DNA of 64,000 nucleotides, from positions 6,629-70,628 of the forward strand of contig DASVCR010000074.1 in NCBI GenBank assembly GCA_036381515.1, given 5' to 3'. The stretch comes from Gammaproteobacteria bacterium. Lineage in GTDB: Bacteria > Pseudomonadota > Gammaproteobacteria > Steroidobacterales > Rariloculaceae. Shown piece after piece: positions 1 through 10,076 of the stretch. Within the stretch, counting starts at the first letter, position 1, and every line of letters begins with the position of its first letter. A model generated the notes under the pieces. It made no database searches and was not told the origin of the DNA. It worked only from the letters and a program-made list of their open reading frames with translations. The translations under genes and the position numbers were made by a program.

Positions 1-669
1 GGCGGGATCGGCGAGCGCTGCCGCAACGCGCTCCGCGTCCGCTTCGCGATCGTCCGGATGATCGAGGTCGAACGGGCTCATCTTGACCAGCTCCTCGCGG
101 CTGTAGCCCGTGATCTCGCAGTAGCGGTCGTTGACGCGAACGATTCGGCCGGCCGCGTTCACCTGCACCGCGCCGACCGCGACGCTGTCGAAGAAACCGC
201 GGAGGTTCGCCTCGCTCTCCCTCAATGCCCGCTGGGCCTCGCGCTGCCGCTCCTCGCGGTCCGTGACGTCGACGAGCACCGTCGTCGCGCCGGTCGGCGC
301 TCCGGCGGCGTCGAACGTCGGGGTGACATAGCAGAGCACGGTGCGCCGACTTTGGTCCGGCCGGACGATCACCGTCTCGCTGCCCTCGTACGGCCGGCCG
401 TCGGCGAGCGCGAGCGCGGTCGGCGAACGGTCGGCCGGGAGTGGCGTGCCGTCCGGCGCAAGCAGGATCTCGGCGCCCGAGAACCGCTCGGTCAGGTCGT
501 TCAGCTTCGGCCGTCTGCCCCAGAGCGCCGCCGCGCGCTCGTTGAAGCCGGTGATCCGCCCTTCGGCGTCGCACGAGTACGTGGGCGCCGGCAGCGCTTC
601 GAGGGGCACCGCGTAGGCTTGGAGTGCGGGGGCGGACCGCGCCTCGTTGTCCGAAGCGGGAGCAGACAT
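1..669 (-). CDS. PAS-domain sensor protein, N-terminal part (gene runs off the window start)
   Basis: The minus-strand frame is open from ATG (669-667) to the window edge, so it is absent from the ORF track. My translation starts MSAPASDNEARSAPALQAY. It contains PAS-like blocks (YSCDAEGRITGFNERAAALWG; VQVNAAGRIVRVNDRYCEITGYSREELVKMSPFDLDHPDD). GC3 bias is strong. Confidence 0.75.
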   Translation of the reverse strand, partial: MSAPASDNEARSAPALQAYAVPLEALPAPTYSCDAEGRITGFNERAAALWGRRPKLNDLTERFSGAEILLAPDGTPLPADRSPTALALADGRPYEGSETVIVRPDQSRRTVLCYVTPTFDAAGAPTGATTVLVDVTDREERQREAQRALRESEANLRGFFDSVAVGAVQVNAAGRIVRVNDRYCEITGYSREELVKMSPFDLDHPDDREADAERVAAALADPA

Positions 670-760
670 GCCGGGGTCGCTCCTGATAGGAATCGTGTAG
701 GTGAAGCGGGCCGAGCCGAAGATAGCACAAGGCCGAGCGGTTGCCACCACGGTCCGCGGG

Positions 761-786
761 CGCATGTCGCCGACCGGCGACATGCG
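761..786 (-). terminator. Stem-loop downstream of the 809-2002 gene (11-bp perfect stem, 4-nt loop, no U-tract)
   Basis: cgcatgtcgcc-gacc-ggcgacatgcg read directly. It lies about 20 nt past the minus-strand stop at 809-811. Confidence 0.3.
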
Positions 787-808
787 TCGGACGCGCGGCG
801 CGCGCTCT

Positions 809-2002
809 TCAGCGAGGCGCGACTAGTTGCGGGCTCGTATCCTCGCCGATGAACTCGGGCGCGAGCTCGTTGCAGGGATGCGCGACGTACGGCACGTCGG
901 ACGGCAGCACGATGTCGTAGCCGACGTACTCGTCCTCGAAATAGACCGGGTCCCGGGCGACATAGTCGCGGCGCAGCTCCATCGTCTCCGGGTTCAGCGA
1001 GAAGCGCTCGACGACGTGCAGCTCGCTGCTGTGCCGCACCGGCGGCGCGAGCACGCCGGGCGCGAAGCCGATCGTGTCGACGACGAGCACGTCGCCTTCC
1101 CAGCGGCCGATCGAGTGCCCCGCATAGCTCGGCTCGACGTCCTCGGGATGCTCGTCCATGTTCATGTGGATCACGCGCTCGAAGCTGTAGAGGCCGTAGT
1201 TGATGACGATGCGATCGCCCTTCTGCGTGATCCGATTCACCGCGCCGTCGAAGACCCAGTCGAACAGGATGCTCGTCGGCTCGCAGCGCAGCCTCGGGTT
1301 GTCCTCGGGCGACCACATCCGGAACGCGTCCGCCTCGGCCTGCCCGCGCGCGGTCAGCGTGACGGGGCGCGGTCCCCAGCCGGCCGGCGGCACGTCCTCG
1401 AGCGCGACCTCGCCCGACTCGACGGCCTCGATCATGCTTTTCGGCACGAGATTGCTGCGGCCGTCCGGCGCGACCGCGATCACGTATTGCTCCTGCGCCC
1501 AGTCGCCCGAGATGTTCAACTCGCCTGACGCGAGGCGTAGCGGCCGATTCCCGCTCACGCTCGTCGTCCGATGCTCGAGCTGATCGTTGCGATTGAGCTC
1601 GAGCGCGTCGCCGATCTTGATGTCTTCGAGATAGCACGCGCTCGGATCGTCGCGGTGAGCGAAGCCGAAGACGGTCGCCTGCGCACCGATCTCGAACATC
1701 TCCTCGGTCCAGCCCGAGCGGCGAAGGAGCGTCGCTGCGCGCATCTCGCAGCGCATCGCTCGCGGCTCGCCGTTCGCGTCCACGGTGTCGAGGTACAGAT
1801 ACGAGTGCGGGTTCACGAAATCGATGCGGGTGATCGTGCCCGTGATTTCGACCGGCTGCGATCGGTCGAAGCGGCCGAGGCCGTGATGCGCGAGCGACAC
1901 GGCCGGTATCGTGAGGGCGGCGGCGACGGATGCCGCGAGGACGCCCGCAAGCGGCGCTTTGCGCGCGGCGACGACGCACCGCGTGAAGTCGAGTCGGTCC
2001 AC
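809..2002 (-). CDS. Secreted hypothetical protein (N-terminal HH...NPH module resembling DUF6152-type proteins; C-terminal domain paralogous to 4047-5546)
   Basis: ORF 809..2131(-). I place the start at GTG 2002, which is preceded by GGGGGGAGA. A signal peptide follows (VAARKAPLAGVLAASVAAALTIPAVSLAHHG). GC3 bias is strong. Confidence 0.75.
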   Translation of the reverse strand: MDRLDFTRCVVAARKAPLAGVLAASVAAALTIPAVSLAHHGLGRFDRSQPVEITGTITRIDFVNPHSYLYLDTVDANGEPRAMRCEMRAATLLRRSGWTEEMFEIGAQATVFGFAHRDDPSACYLEDIKIGDALELNRNDQLEHRTTSVSGNRPLRLASGELNISGDWAQEQYVIAVAPDGRSNLVPKSMIEAVESGEVALEDVPPAGWGPRPVTLTARGQAEADAFRMWSPEDNPRLRCEPTSILFDWVFDGAVNRITQKGDRIVINYGLYSFERVIHMNMDEHPEDVEPSYAGHSIGRWEGDVLVVDTIGFAPGVLAPPVRHSSELHVVERFSLNPETMELRRDYVARDPVYFEDEYVGYDIVLPSDVPYVAHPCNELAPEFIGEDTSPQLVAPR

Positions 2003-2219
2003 GCTGTCTCCCCCCTGTTGTCGTCGCGACGATCGTTGTCGCGACGATCGTCGAAACGGTGCGACGCGACCGATGTTCGCGCGCGCGGGCCGGTCTTGTC
2101 CAGCGCAGCGAAGGCACCTTGGTGTGCGCAACCGGGCCTCGCCGCCGAGCTTCTCGTGCGCGCCGGGATCGGCCGCGGCAGGCCCGGCCGATCCCGATGC
2201 GCGAGCCGCGCGAATCGGC

Positions 2220-2780
2220 TCAGCTCACGTCGTTGTAGGGTCGGATCTCGCTGACGGCCTGCTCGAGCCGGGACGCGTCGCGGGACGTCGTCGCGGTCAC
2301 CCAAGCGCCCGGCTGCAGCGCCTCGAGCTTCGCCGCCGAACCTTCGGGCACCCGAACGCGGAAGACGAGGTAGATGTCATCCATCTCCGTGCCGACGTAC
2401 TCGGCCGGAAGCTGGAGCTTGCCCGCGGAGCCCGCCGAGTCGCCCCGGCTGACCGCTGCAATGCCGGCGCCCCACGTGAGACCCGTCCACGTGATCGTGA
2501 TCCGATCGCCCTCCGACAGCTCGCGGAGTATCGAGCGGTCGGCACGCGCATCCATTCGCGCCTTCAGCGTCGCGGTCCGGGACGCCGCGTCGAACGAGAC
2601 GAGCTCGGCCGACCACTCGTATTGGCCGCTCTCGTCCGCCGAGCTTTCCGCGAAAGCCGGTTGTGACTGGACGAGCACGAGCATGGCGACGATCGACGCA
2701 CCGAACAGCGTGTCCTTGATCTTTGCCAATCTGCTTGCGATGGCGCTCACGGTGTTCCTCCTTTTTCGTTGTTGGTGCAT
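2220..2780 (-). CDS. Secreted hypothetical protein
   Basis: ORF 2220..2993(-). The internal ATG at 2780 gives MHQQRKRRNTVSAIASRLAKIKDTLFGASIVAMLVLVQSQPAFA, a signal-peptide-like N-terminus. The upstream extension is Arg/Pro-rich and looks non-coding. Confidence 0.65.
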   Translation of the reverse strand: MHQQRKRRNTVSAIASRLAKIKDTLFGASIVAMLVLVQSQPAFAESSADESGQYEWSAELVSFDAASRTATLKARMDARADRSILRELSEGDRITITWTGLTWGAGIAAVSRGDSAGSAGKLQLPAEYVGTEMDDIYLVFRVRVPEGSAAKLEALQPGAWVTATTSRDASRLEQAVSEIRPYNDVS

Positions 2781-2845
2781 CGCGGCGCTGCAGACGGCGC
2801 ACGCAACGCCGCTAGGCACCGACACTAGGGTCGGCGAGCGCGAAT

Positions 2846-3082
2846 TCAAGGATCGGCGATTTGTGAATCCATACAGTCCGGCGGGTCGCGGTCGAGGATC
2901 CGACGCGCGCGCTCGAGCTGATCCTCCGGCACGAGCAGCTGCACGCCTTCGATGCCGCCTTCCCAGACCGTGCCGAGGCCGACGACGACGCACGGCACGC
3001 CCTCGGCCTCGAGGGCGATACGGTCGAGGTCCGCCTCGACGCGGGTCGGGTAAGTCGTCATCGAAATCATTCGTGCGCTCAT
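2846..3082 (-). CDS. Small DUF2007-like (putative signal-transducing) protein
   Basis: ORF 2846..3202(-). ATG at 3082 gives MSARMISMTTYPTRVEADLDRIALEAEGVPCVVVG...LLVPEDQLERARRIL, the pattern typical of DUF2007. Confidence 0.6.
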   Translation of the reverse strand: MSARMISMTTYPTRVEADLDRIALEAEGVPCVVVGLGTVWEGGIEGVQLLVPEDQLERARRILDRDPPDCMDSQIADP

Positions 3083-3248
3083 GGCGCTCCTCCCGTGGTG
3101 AAAATCGCCAATCCTTAGCGACGCGTATCCGGTTCGGCGTAAGGCTCCGACATCTAAATCAATATCTTGAAAAGAAAAAATGCTTTGGCACGCGATTCGC
3201 AACGAGGCGCCGGTTCATCGTGATCTCGACCATTTTTCCGGAGGCGCC

Positions 3249-3542
3249 ATGAAGATCCTGACCGTGCTGCTCGTGCTGCTCCTGATCGTGATCGGTCTGC
3301 CGATCCTCGCGTCTGCGGCATGGGCGATCTTCGCGCTCGTGTTGCCCGTCGCCTTCCTGGTGATCTGGTTCCTGCCGATCCTGATCATTCTGTGCTCGGA
3401 CAAGACGACGGGGGGCGAGAAGCTCGCGTGGATTCTCGCGATCGTCTTCCTCTCGTGGTTCGCGTGGATCTTCTACTTCCTGCTCGCACCGATTAAGCCC
3501 CGGTACGACTATCCGCGCTATACGCGTTCCTACTACGGTTGA
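3249..3542 (+). CDS. Small membrane protein with PLD-nuclease N-terminal (PLDc_N)-type domain
   Basis: ATG 3249 is preceded by GGAGG. The product has three hydrophobic helices and the KLAWILAIVFLSWFAWIFYFLL motif. Confidence 0.75.
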   Translation: MKILTVLLVLLLIVIGLPILASAAWAIFALVLPVAFLVIWFLPILIILCSDKTTGGEKLAWILAIVFLSWFAWIFYFLLAPIKPRYDYPRYTRSYYG

Positions 3543-3553
3543 GGCCCCCCGAC

Positions 3554-3901
3554 ATGCCGACCCGCTCCCGACCGCTGTCTGCAAAGCTGCTCGCCGCGAT
3601 CGCCGTGCTCGGGCTCGCCGTGCTCGGCCTGATCGGCATCGTGCTTCCGGTGATCCCGGGCCTCGTGTTCCTCGCCCTCGCGGCGTTGATCGTCGCCCGG
3701 CACGTGCCGTCGGTCGACGCCCGGCTGCGGCGACATCGCGTGCTCGGCAGACACATGCATCGTGTGGACCGGTTCTTCGGACTCGGCCTCGCGGATCGGA
3801 TGCGCGTCGCGGGCCTCGTCGCGCTGAAGGGCGTGCTCGACGGGCTCGACCGGGCGGCCGACTGGCTCGGGAAGCACGCGTCCGGGTCGCGCGTGCGCTG
3901 A
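3554..3901 (+). CDS. DUF454/YbaN-like inner-membrane protein
   Basis: ORF 3539..3901, ATG at 3554. LGLIGIVLPVIPGLVFLALAALIVARH resembles the YbaN-type N-terminal hairpin. Confidence 0.65.
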   Translation: MPTRSRPLSAKLLAAIAVLGLAVLGLIGIVLPVIPGLVFLALAALIVARHVPSVDARLRRHRVLGRHMHRVDRFFGLGLADRMRVAGLVALKGVLDGLDRAADWLGKHASGSRVR

Positions 3902-4046
3902 CGTTCGTCGGCGCCGCGCGCCCGCGTCCTCGGCCGTCACCGCGTCATCGCGCCGCCGGCGCAATGCTATAGTCCGATAGTCGCCGGAACGGCTCGGTCA
4001 CGATCCGTGCCCGCGCCGAAGCCCGAGCACCCGGGGGCGAAGAAAG

Positions 4047-5546
4047 ATGGCGCCGAGGGGGAGGAAAGCTCACGGTCCGTCGCGCAAAGCCGGGACTCAC
4101 CCGTTGCCGCGAGCGTGCGGCGTCGTCGTCGCGGCCGTCGCCGCGTCGGTGTTCGGCGCCGCCGAAGCGCAGCGCACGGCGCGGATCGACTTCGTCAGCG
4201 TCGGCCGCGGCGCGGCGCTCGATCCCGCGCTTCCTGCGCCGCTGCGCACGCCGCGGGAGGCGCTCGAAAACTTTCCGCCCGTCGAGATCGAAGGCTTGCC
4301 CGAGCGCCACTGGGTCGTCGGCCCGCACCGTATCATCCGCACGCGGCCGGACGGCGAGCGCTACGAGGAGCGCGTCGGCAGCGCATGGAACGGCGACGTG
4401 CCCGCCGGCATCGAGCCGCTGCCGGTCGACATCTTCACGACGGCCGACTTCTACGCCGACCGCGCGCTCTGGAGCGACCCGCGCTACTTCCGCTGCAACA
4501 GCCCCGGCGCGCTGGAGCAGCAGTGGGCGGCGTTCGGCGGCGGCGCTGGCGTCATCGGCGACGATCCGCCCGCGACGGCCGCGTGGGGTCACTGCGATCG
4601 CGACTATCCGCGCGACGCGATCGTGAGCCCGTATCCGTTCCGGACCGCCAAGGATCATTACGAGGCGCTGCTCGAGGAGACGCGTGCGAGAGGCGGGCCC
4701 ACGGTGCACACGTACGCGACCGTGCCCGGCGAGTGGAGCGGCCGCTACGTCTGGCCGCGCGGGCAGAACTGGTACGCGGAGCTCTTCTGGAATCAGTTCC
4801 CGACGATCCTGTCGCTCCTCACGCCGGAGTACCAGACCCGCTTCGTGCAGCAGGCGTATCACCAGGGACACACGAACGCGCCGCAGTGGCCGGCGCAATA
4901 TTGCTGGCCCGAGGGCTTCATGCGCCGCTGGCATTACCACGGCGTCACGAACCAGCCGCATACGGTCCTCGTGACGCCGACGCTCGTGCAGATCATGGCG
5001 GGCGATGCGGACAACTTCGTGACGAACGTGCACATCGGCCGCGAGTTCGAGATGGACGGTCCGGTCCCGTACCTCGGCGAGCAGGTGCCGCGCTGGTACG
5101 GCGAGACGATCGGCTTCTGGGACGGCGACGTGCTGATCACGTGGACGTCGAACATCCAGGGCTGGAAGGTGCACGGCAACCCCGAGTTCTCGAGCAGCCT
5201 GCAGACGATCGAGATCTACACGCCGAATCGGGACGAGGCCGGCGCGCTCGTCGGCCTCAATCACGAAGGCATCTTCTACGACCCCGAGGCGCTCGTCGAG
5301 CCGATCCGGATCGTTCGGAACCTCGAGAAGATCAGCGGCTTCGAAGAAGGCGATCCGTACGTCTTCATCGAATGCAATCAGACGATTTTCCCGATCGGCG
5401 GCCGCGCGACGCCCGTATCGCCGGGCACGACGATCGAGTACGAGATGCCGGACATCTACGGCCGCCCCTGGGCGGCCATCTGGGAGAAGCACTTCGAGCA
5501 GGGCATGCAGCGGCCCGACGAAGAGGATATCTTCGACTTCGAGTAG
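4047..5546 (+). CDS. Secreted hypothetical protein (paralogue of the C-terminal part of 809-2002)
   Basis: 499-aa ORF with a signal-peptide-like N-terminus ([17 protein letters not shown]). It shares the block [15 protein letters not shown] with GHSIGRWEGDVLVVD of the other protein. GC3 bias is strong. Confidence 0.8.
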   Translation: MAPRGRKAHGPSRKAGTHPLPRACGVVVAAVAASVFGAAEAQRTARIDFVSVGRGAALDPALPAPLRTPREALENFPPVEIEGLPERHWVVGPHRIIRTRPDGERYEERVGSAWNGDVPAGIEPLPVDIFTTADFYADRALWSDPRYFRCNSPGALEQQWAAFGGGAGVIGDDPPATAAWGHCDRDYPRDAIVSPYPFRTAKDHYEALLEETRARGGPTVHTYATVPGEWSGRYVWPRGQNWYAELFWNQFPTILSLLTPEYQTRFVQQAYHQGHTNAPQWPAQYCWPEGFMRRWHYHGVTNQPHTVLVTPTLVQIMAGDADNFVTNVHIGREFEMDGPVPYLGEQVPRWYGETIGFWDGDVLITWTSNIQGWKVHGNPEFSSSLQTIEIYTPNRDEAGALVGLNHEGIFYDPEALVEPIRIVRNLEKISGFEEGDPYVFIECNQTIFPIGGRATPVSPGTTIEYEMPDIYGRPWAAIWEKHFEQGMQRPDEEDIFDFE

Positions 5547-5592
5547 CTTTCTCCGCGGTGCCTCCGCTCGCCGCGATTGCTAGACTCGCCGC

Positions 5593-6267
5593 ATGGCGAA
5601 GAGAACCGACATCCTCCCGGCCGAGGTCTATCAGTACGTGCTCCGCTCGTCGCGCGAGCCCGACGTGCTCGCGCGGCTGCGCGCGGCGACCGCGAAGCTG
5701 CCGAACAGCGTGATGCAGATCGGGCCCGATCAGGGCCAGCTGATGGCGCTCCTCGTCAAGCTGATCGGCGCGCGCCGCTGCATCGAGATCGGCACGTATA
5801 CGGGGTACTCGGCGCTCGCGGTCGCGCTCGCGCTGCCGCCGGACGGGCTCCTGATCACGTGCGACGTGAGCCGCGAATGGACCGACATCGGCCGCCCGTT
5901 CTGGCGCGAGGCCGGCGTCGAGTCGCGCATTGACCTGCGGATCAAGCCCGCCGTCGAAACGCTCGACGAGCTCCTCGCGGCGGGCGAGGCAGGGCGGTTC
6001 GATTTCGCCTTCATCGACGCCGACAAGACCGGCTACCGGGCCTACTACGAGCGCCTGCTGCGGCTGATTCGCCCGGGAGGCCTGATCGCCGTCGACAACA
6101 CGATCGCGCTCGCCGGCGGGCCGATCTTCTCCGAAGGGTCGGAAAGTGCCGCGGCGCTGCTCGAGCTGAACGCGTTGCTGCGCGACGACGAGCGCGTCGA
6201 TCACGCGATGCTGTCGGTCGGCGAAGGGCTCACGTTGCTGCGGAAACGCGACAGCGCGGCCGCATAG
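5593..6267 (+). CDS. Class I SAM-dependent O-methyltransferase (caffeoyl-CoA OMT-like family 3)
   Basis: 224 aa. It carries VMQIGPDQGQLMALLVKLIGARRCIEIGTYTGYSALAVALAL and FDFAFIDADKTGY...GGLIAVDN, which are family-typical motifs. Confidence 0.9.
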   Translation: MAKRTDILPAEVYQYVLRSSREPDVLARLRAATAKLPNSVMQIGPDQGQLMALLVKLIGARRCIEIGTYTGYSALAVALALPPDGLLITCDVSREWTDIGRPFWREAGVESRIDLRIKPAVETLDELLAAGEAGRFDFAFIDADKTGYRAYYERLLRLIRPGGLIAVDNTIALAGGPIFSEGSESAAALLELNALLRDDERVDHAMLSVGEGLTLLRKRDSAAA

Positions 6268-6277
6268 GGGCTTTGTC

Positions 6278-6333
6278 GCGGCGGGCCGTGCCCGGCGCGG
6301 CGGCCCGTGCCCCGGCGCGGCGGGCCGTGCCTC
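6278..6333. repeat. Three tandem copies of a ~20-bp GC-rich unit (ggcgcggcgggccgtgccc-like)
   Basis: Read directly in the intergenic region between the OMT stop (6267) and the next start (6425). Confidence 0.7.
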
Positions 6334-6424
6334 GGTCGCGACGCGGGATTTGCGGTTCCGTACGGGGGACACTTGCAGGCCCGATGCAGTATGCTACCCG
6401 AAACCACGTAGGTTATCGGGCACG

Positions 6425-8773
6425 ATGCTCTCGAGGCCGATCGTCGTTGCCGCCGGCGCGGCTGCCGCAGCCGTCGGCATTGCAGCCGTTGGGTTCTCCG
6501 CTGTCGGCGGGGGAATGTCTTGGCCGTGGCTCGGCGGCGGCGAGAAGTGGCAGGTCCTCGAGCGCTATTGCGTCACCTGCCACAACGATATCGACCGGTC
6601 AGGCGATCTCTCGTTCGAGAGGATCGACCGGAGCGACTTCCACGGCAACGCTGCGATCTGGGAGACGGCGGTGCGCAAGGTGCGCACCGGCTTCATGCCG
6701 CCGCTCGACGCGCCCCGCCCGGATCGTGAAGTGCTCGACGGCTTCGCCTCCTGGCTCGAGGACGAGCTCGACGCGGCCTGGCAGGCCGCGCCGAATCCCG
6801 GCACGAGGCCGCTCGCGCGGCTGAACCGTACCGAGTACGTGAACGCGATCCGGGATATTCTCGAGTTCGACGCGTCCGCAATCGCTGGGACGCTGCCGGC
6901 CGATGTCTCGGTCGACGGCTTCGACACGAACGCCGCGGCGCTGACGGTATCGCCGACGCTGCTCGAGGCCTACGCGCTCGCCGCGATGCAGATCGGCCGC
7001 CGCGCCGTCGGCGACGTGACGATGGGGCACGGCGAGACACGCTACACGGCGCCGGGCGGCCAGGCGCAGCGTCGGCATCTCGAAGGCTTGCCGCTCGGCA
7101 CGCGCGGCGGCCTCGTCGTCGAGCACGTCTTTCCGCTCGACGCCGTCTACGAGTTTTCCATCGCCGCGTCGAGCTCGCGGAAGGGATGGAACAACCCGAC
7201 CGGCGCGATGGTCTGGTGCGACGGGCCGAAGGTCGACGTGACGTTCAACGGGGCGCCGGTCGACGTGCCGAACCCCCGCCGCTTCCGCCTGCGCGTGCCG
7301 GCCGGCCCGCAGCAAATCGCGGTCGCGCTCGTCGACGACGTGCGCTGCGCGGGCGTGAACGAGCTCTATCTCGGGGAGATCGCGTCGCCCGGCGGCGTGC
7401 AGTCGTTGACGATCACCGGGCCGTTCGATCCCGAGGGCGCGGGCGATACGCCGAGCCGGCGCGAGATCTTCGTCTGTCACCCGGATTCGGGTGCGGACGA
7501 GGCCGCGTGCGCGCGGCGGATCCTGTCGCGGCTTGCGACGCGCGCGTACCGCCATCCGGCGACGCCCGCCGAGGTGGACGAGCTCCTCGAGTTCTATCGG
7601 CTCGGCCGGGACGAAGGCGGCGACTTCGAGGTCGGCATCCAGTACGCGCTGTCCAGGCTGCTCGCAAGCCCGCGGTTCCTCTATCGATTCGAGCACGAGC
7701 CAGCGGACCTTCCGGTCGGCTCCGTCTATCGGATCTCGGATTTCGAGCTCGCGACGCGGCTGTCGTTCTTCCTGTGGAGCAGCATTCCGGACGATGCGCT
7801 GCTCGCGGTCGCGGCCGAAGGGCGCCTCGCCGACCCCGACGTGCTCGCGGCCGAGGTCGAGCGGATGCTGGCCGACCCGCGCGCGTCGGCGCTCGTCGAG
7901 AGCTTCGCGAGCCAGTGGCTGCTGCTGCGCAAGCTGGACGAGGCAGCGCCGCAGGACCCGGACTTCGACGCGGACCTGCGCGCCGCGATGCGCCGCGAGA
8001 CGGAGCTCCTCTTCACGGACCTGCTCCGCGAGCGGCGCAGCGTTCTCGACCTGCTCGACAGCGACTACACGTATTTGAACGAGCGGCTCGCCGAGCACTA
8101 CGGCATCGAAGGCGTGCGGGGCAGCCACATGCGGCGCGTCGAGCTGCCGCCGGACAGCCCGCGCCGCGGGCTGCTCGGGCACGCGAGCCTGCTGACCGCG
8201 ACGTCCGCGCCGAACCGCACTTCGCCGGTCGTGCGCGGCAAATGGATCGTCGAGAACCTGCTCGGCGCGCCGGTGCCGTCGCCGCCGCCGGGTGCCGAGG
8301 CGGATCTGTCCGCCGAGGCCGCGGAGGCAGAGAACCTCAAGGGCGACACGGTGCGCGAGCGGCTCGAGATGCATCGCGCGAGCACCGCGTGCTCGGGCTG
8401 TCACGGGATGCTCGATCCGCTCGGGCTCGCGCTCGAGAACTTCGATCTGCTCGGCCGCTGGCGCGAGCAGGAGGACGGGCATCCGGTCGACGCGCGCGCG
8501 GAGATGGTCGACGGCACGCGGCTCGAAGGTCCGGCGGATCTTCGCCGTGCGCTCTTGTCGCGCTCGGAAGCGTTCGTGACGGCGCTGACCGAGCAGCTGA
8601 TGACGTACGCGCTCGGCCGCGAGCTCGAGCACTACGACAAGCCGGTCGTGCGTAGCGTCGTGCGCGCGGCCGCGCAGGACGACTACACGCTCCATTCGCT
8701 CGTGCACGCGATCGTCGCGAGCGATACGTTCCAGAAGCGCGTGAAGACCGGCACGGGACCGGTCTCGGAGTGA
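6425..8773 (+). CDS. DUF1592/DUF1588/DUF1585-family protein with N-terminal haem-c motif
   Basis: ORF 6350..8773, ATG at 6425 (MLSRPIVVAAGAAAAAVG). A CVTCH motif lies near the N-terminus. The long conserved-looking body is typical of the DUF1592 partner of DUF1552 proteins. Confidence 0.85.
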   Translation: MLSRPIVVAAGAAAAAVGIAAVGFSAVGGGMSWPWLGGGEKWQVLERYCVTCHNDIDRSGDLSFERIDRSDFHGNAAIWETAVRKVRTGFMPPLDAPRPDREVLDGFASWLEDELDAAWQAAPNPGTRPLARLNRTEYVNAIRDILEFDASAIAGTLPADVSVDGFDTNAAALTVSPTLLEAYALAAMQIGRRAVGDVTMGHGETRYTAPGGQAQRRHLEGLPLGTRGGLVVEHVFPLDAVYEFSIAASSSRKGWNNPTGAMVWCDGPKVDVTFNGAPVDVPNPRRFRLRVPAGPQQIAVALVDDVRCAGVNELYLGEIASPGGVQSLTITGPFDPEGAGDTPSRREIFVCHPDSGADEAACARRILSRLATRAYRHPATPAEVDELLEFYRLGRDEGGDFEVGIQYALSRLLASPRFLYRFEHEPADLPVGSVYRISDFELATRLSFFLWSSIPDDALLAVAAEGRLADPDVLAAEVERMLADPRASALVESFASQWLLLRKLDEAAPQDPDFDADLRAAMRRETELLFTDLLRERRSVLDLLDSDYTYLNERLAEHYGIEGVRGSHMRRVELPPDSPRRGLLGHASLLTATSAPNRTSPVVRGKWIVENLLGAPVPSPPPGAEADLSAEAAEAENLKGDTVRERLEMHRASTACSGCHGMLDPLGLALENFDLLGRWREQEDGHPVDARAEMVDGTRLEGPADLRRALLSRSEAFVTALTEQLMTYALGRELEHYDKPVVRSVVRAAAQDDYTLHSLVHAIVASDTFQKRVKTGTGPVSE

Positions 8774-8791
8774 ATCTCGACGGGAGGCGCT

Positions 8792-10075
8792 ATGCGGTAT
8801 CTGACGAAGAAACACCTGTCGAGGCGCACGGTGCTGCGCGGCGCCGGCGTCGCGATCGGGCTGCCGCTGCTCGAGTCGATGTTCCCCGCCGGCATGCGCC
8901 GCGCGTCCGCGGCCGGCGTGCCGCCGGTGCGGCTCGGGTTCTTCTACATCCCGCACGGCGCGGTCATGGACCGCTTCACGCCTTCCGGCGAAGGGCGCGA
9001 CTTCACGCTCGGGCCGATCCTCGAGCCGCTCGAGCCGTATCGCGATCGCTTCAACATCGTGAGCGGCCTGAAGCTCGGCGCCGCCTACATCGGCGACTCT
9101 TCGGCGGCCGAGAACCACTCGCGCTCGTCGAAGTGCTGGCTGACGTGCATGCCGGACGGCACGGGGCCGTCGCCCGCGTCCGCCGACCAGCTCGCGGCGC
9201 GGCACATCGGCCAGGAGACGCCGCTGCCGTCGCTCGAGCTCGCGCTCGAGGCGGGCTCGTCGATCGCGTACGCGACGCCGACTACGCCGCTGCCGATGGA
9301 GGTCAATCCGCGCATCGTGTTCGAGCGGCTGTTCGGCGACGGCAGCACACCCGAGGAGCGGGCGGCGCGGCAGCGGCAGCTGTCGAGCCTGCTCGACGCG
9401 GTGATGGGCGAGGCCGCGGCGTTGCAGCGCAACCTGCCGGCCGCCGATCGCGAGCGCGTCGACCGGTATCTCTCCGACATCCGCGAGCTCGAGCGGCGCC
9501 TCGCGCTCGTCGCGGACTCGCCGCTCGCCGAGCTCGAGGTGCCGGACAAGCCGGCCGGCGTGCCGTCCGACTTCGAGCAGCACGCGGCGCTGATGTTCGA
9601 CCTGCTCGCGATCGCGTGGGCCGCGGATCTCACGCGCGTCTCGACGTTCCTGATCGCGCGCGAGCTCAGCAACCGCGTCTATCCGCGGAGCGGCGTCAGC
9701 GAAGGGTTCCACAACTGCTCGCACCACTCCGAGGTGCCGGCGAACATCGACCGGCTCGCGCAGCTCAACGTCTATCACACGCGAACGACGATCGCGTACC
9801 TGCTCGAGAAGCTCGCGACGACGCCGGACGGCGACGGCACGCTGCTCGATCATTCGCTCGTGCTCTACGGCAGCGGCATGAGCAACCCGAACCAGCACGA
9901 TCACGATCCGCTGCCGATGCTGGTCGCGGGCGGCGCGTCCGGGCGGGTGCAGGGCGGGCGTCACATCCGCGTGCCGGAAGGCACGCCGGCTGCGAATCTC
10001 CTGCTCGCGATGCTGCACAAGGTCGACGTGCCGGTCGAGTCGTTCGCCGACAGCACGGGGCTCGTCGAGATCTGA
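8792..10075 (+). CDS. DUF1552 domain-containing protein (Tat-type signal)
   Basis: The start is preceded by GGGAGG. MRYLTKKHLSRRTVLRGAGVAIGLPLLESM is the hallmark DUF1552 N-terminus. Confidence 0.9.
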   Translation: MRYLTKKHLSRRTVLRGAGVAIGLPLLESMFPAGMRRASAAGVPPVRLGFFYIPHGAVMDRFTPSGEGRDFTLGPILEPLEPYRDRFNIVSGLKLGAAYIGDSSAAENHSRSSKCWLTCMPDGTGPSPASADQLAARHIGQETPLPSLELALEAGSSIAYATPTTPLPMEVNPRIVFERLFGDGSTPEERAARQRQLSSLLDAVMGEAAALQRNLPAADRERVDRYLSDIRELERRLALVADSPLAELEVPDKPAGVPSDFEQHAALMFDLLAIAWAADLTRVSTFLIARELSNRVYPRSGVSEGFHNCSHHSEVPANIDRLAQLNVYHTRTTIAYLLEKLATTPDGDGTLLDHSLVLYGSGMSNPNQHDHDPLPMLVAGGASGRVQGGRHIRVPEGTPAANLLLAMLHKVDVPVESFADSTGLVEI

Positions 10076-10076
10076 T

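Noticed and set aside
58-852. 264-aa plus-strand ORF at the window start
   Set aside because: It is antisense to the PAS-domain gene (1-669, minus strand), which has clear PAS motifs. The plus-strand translation is Arg/Ala-rich.
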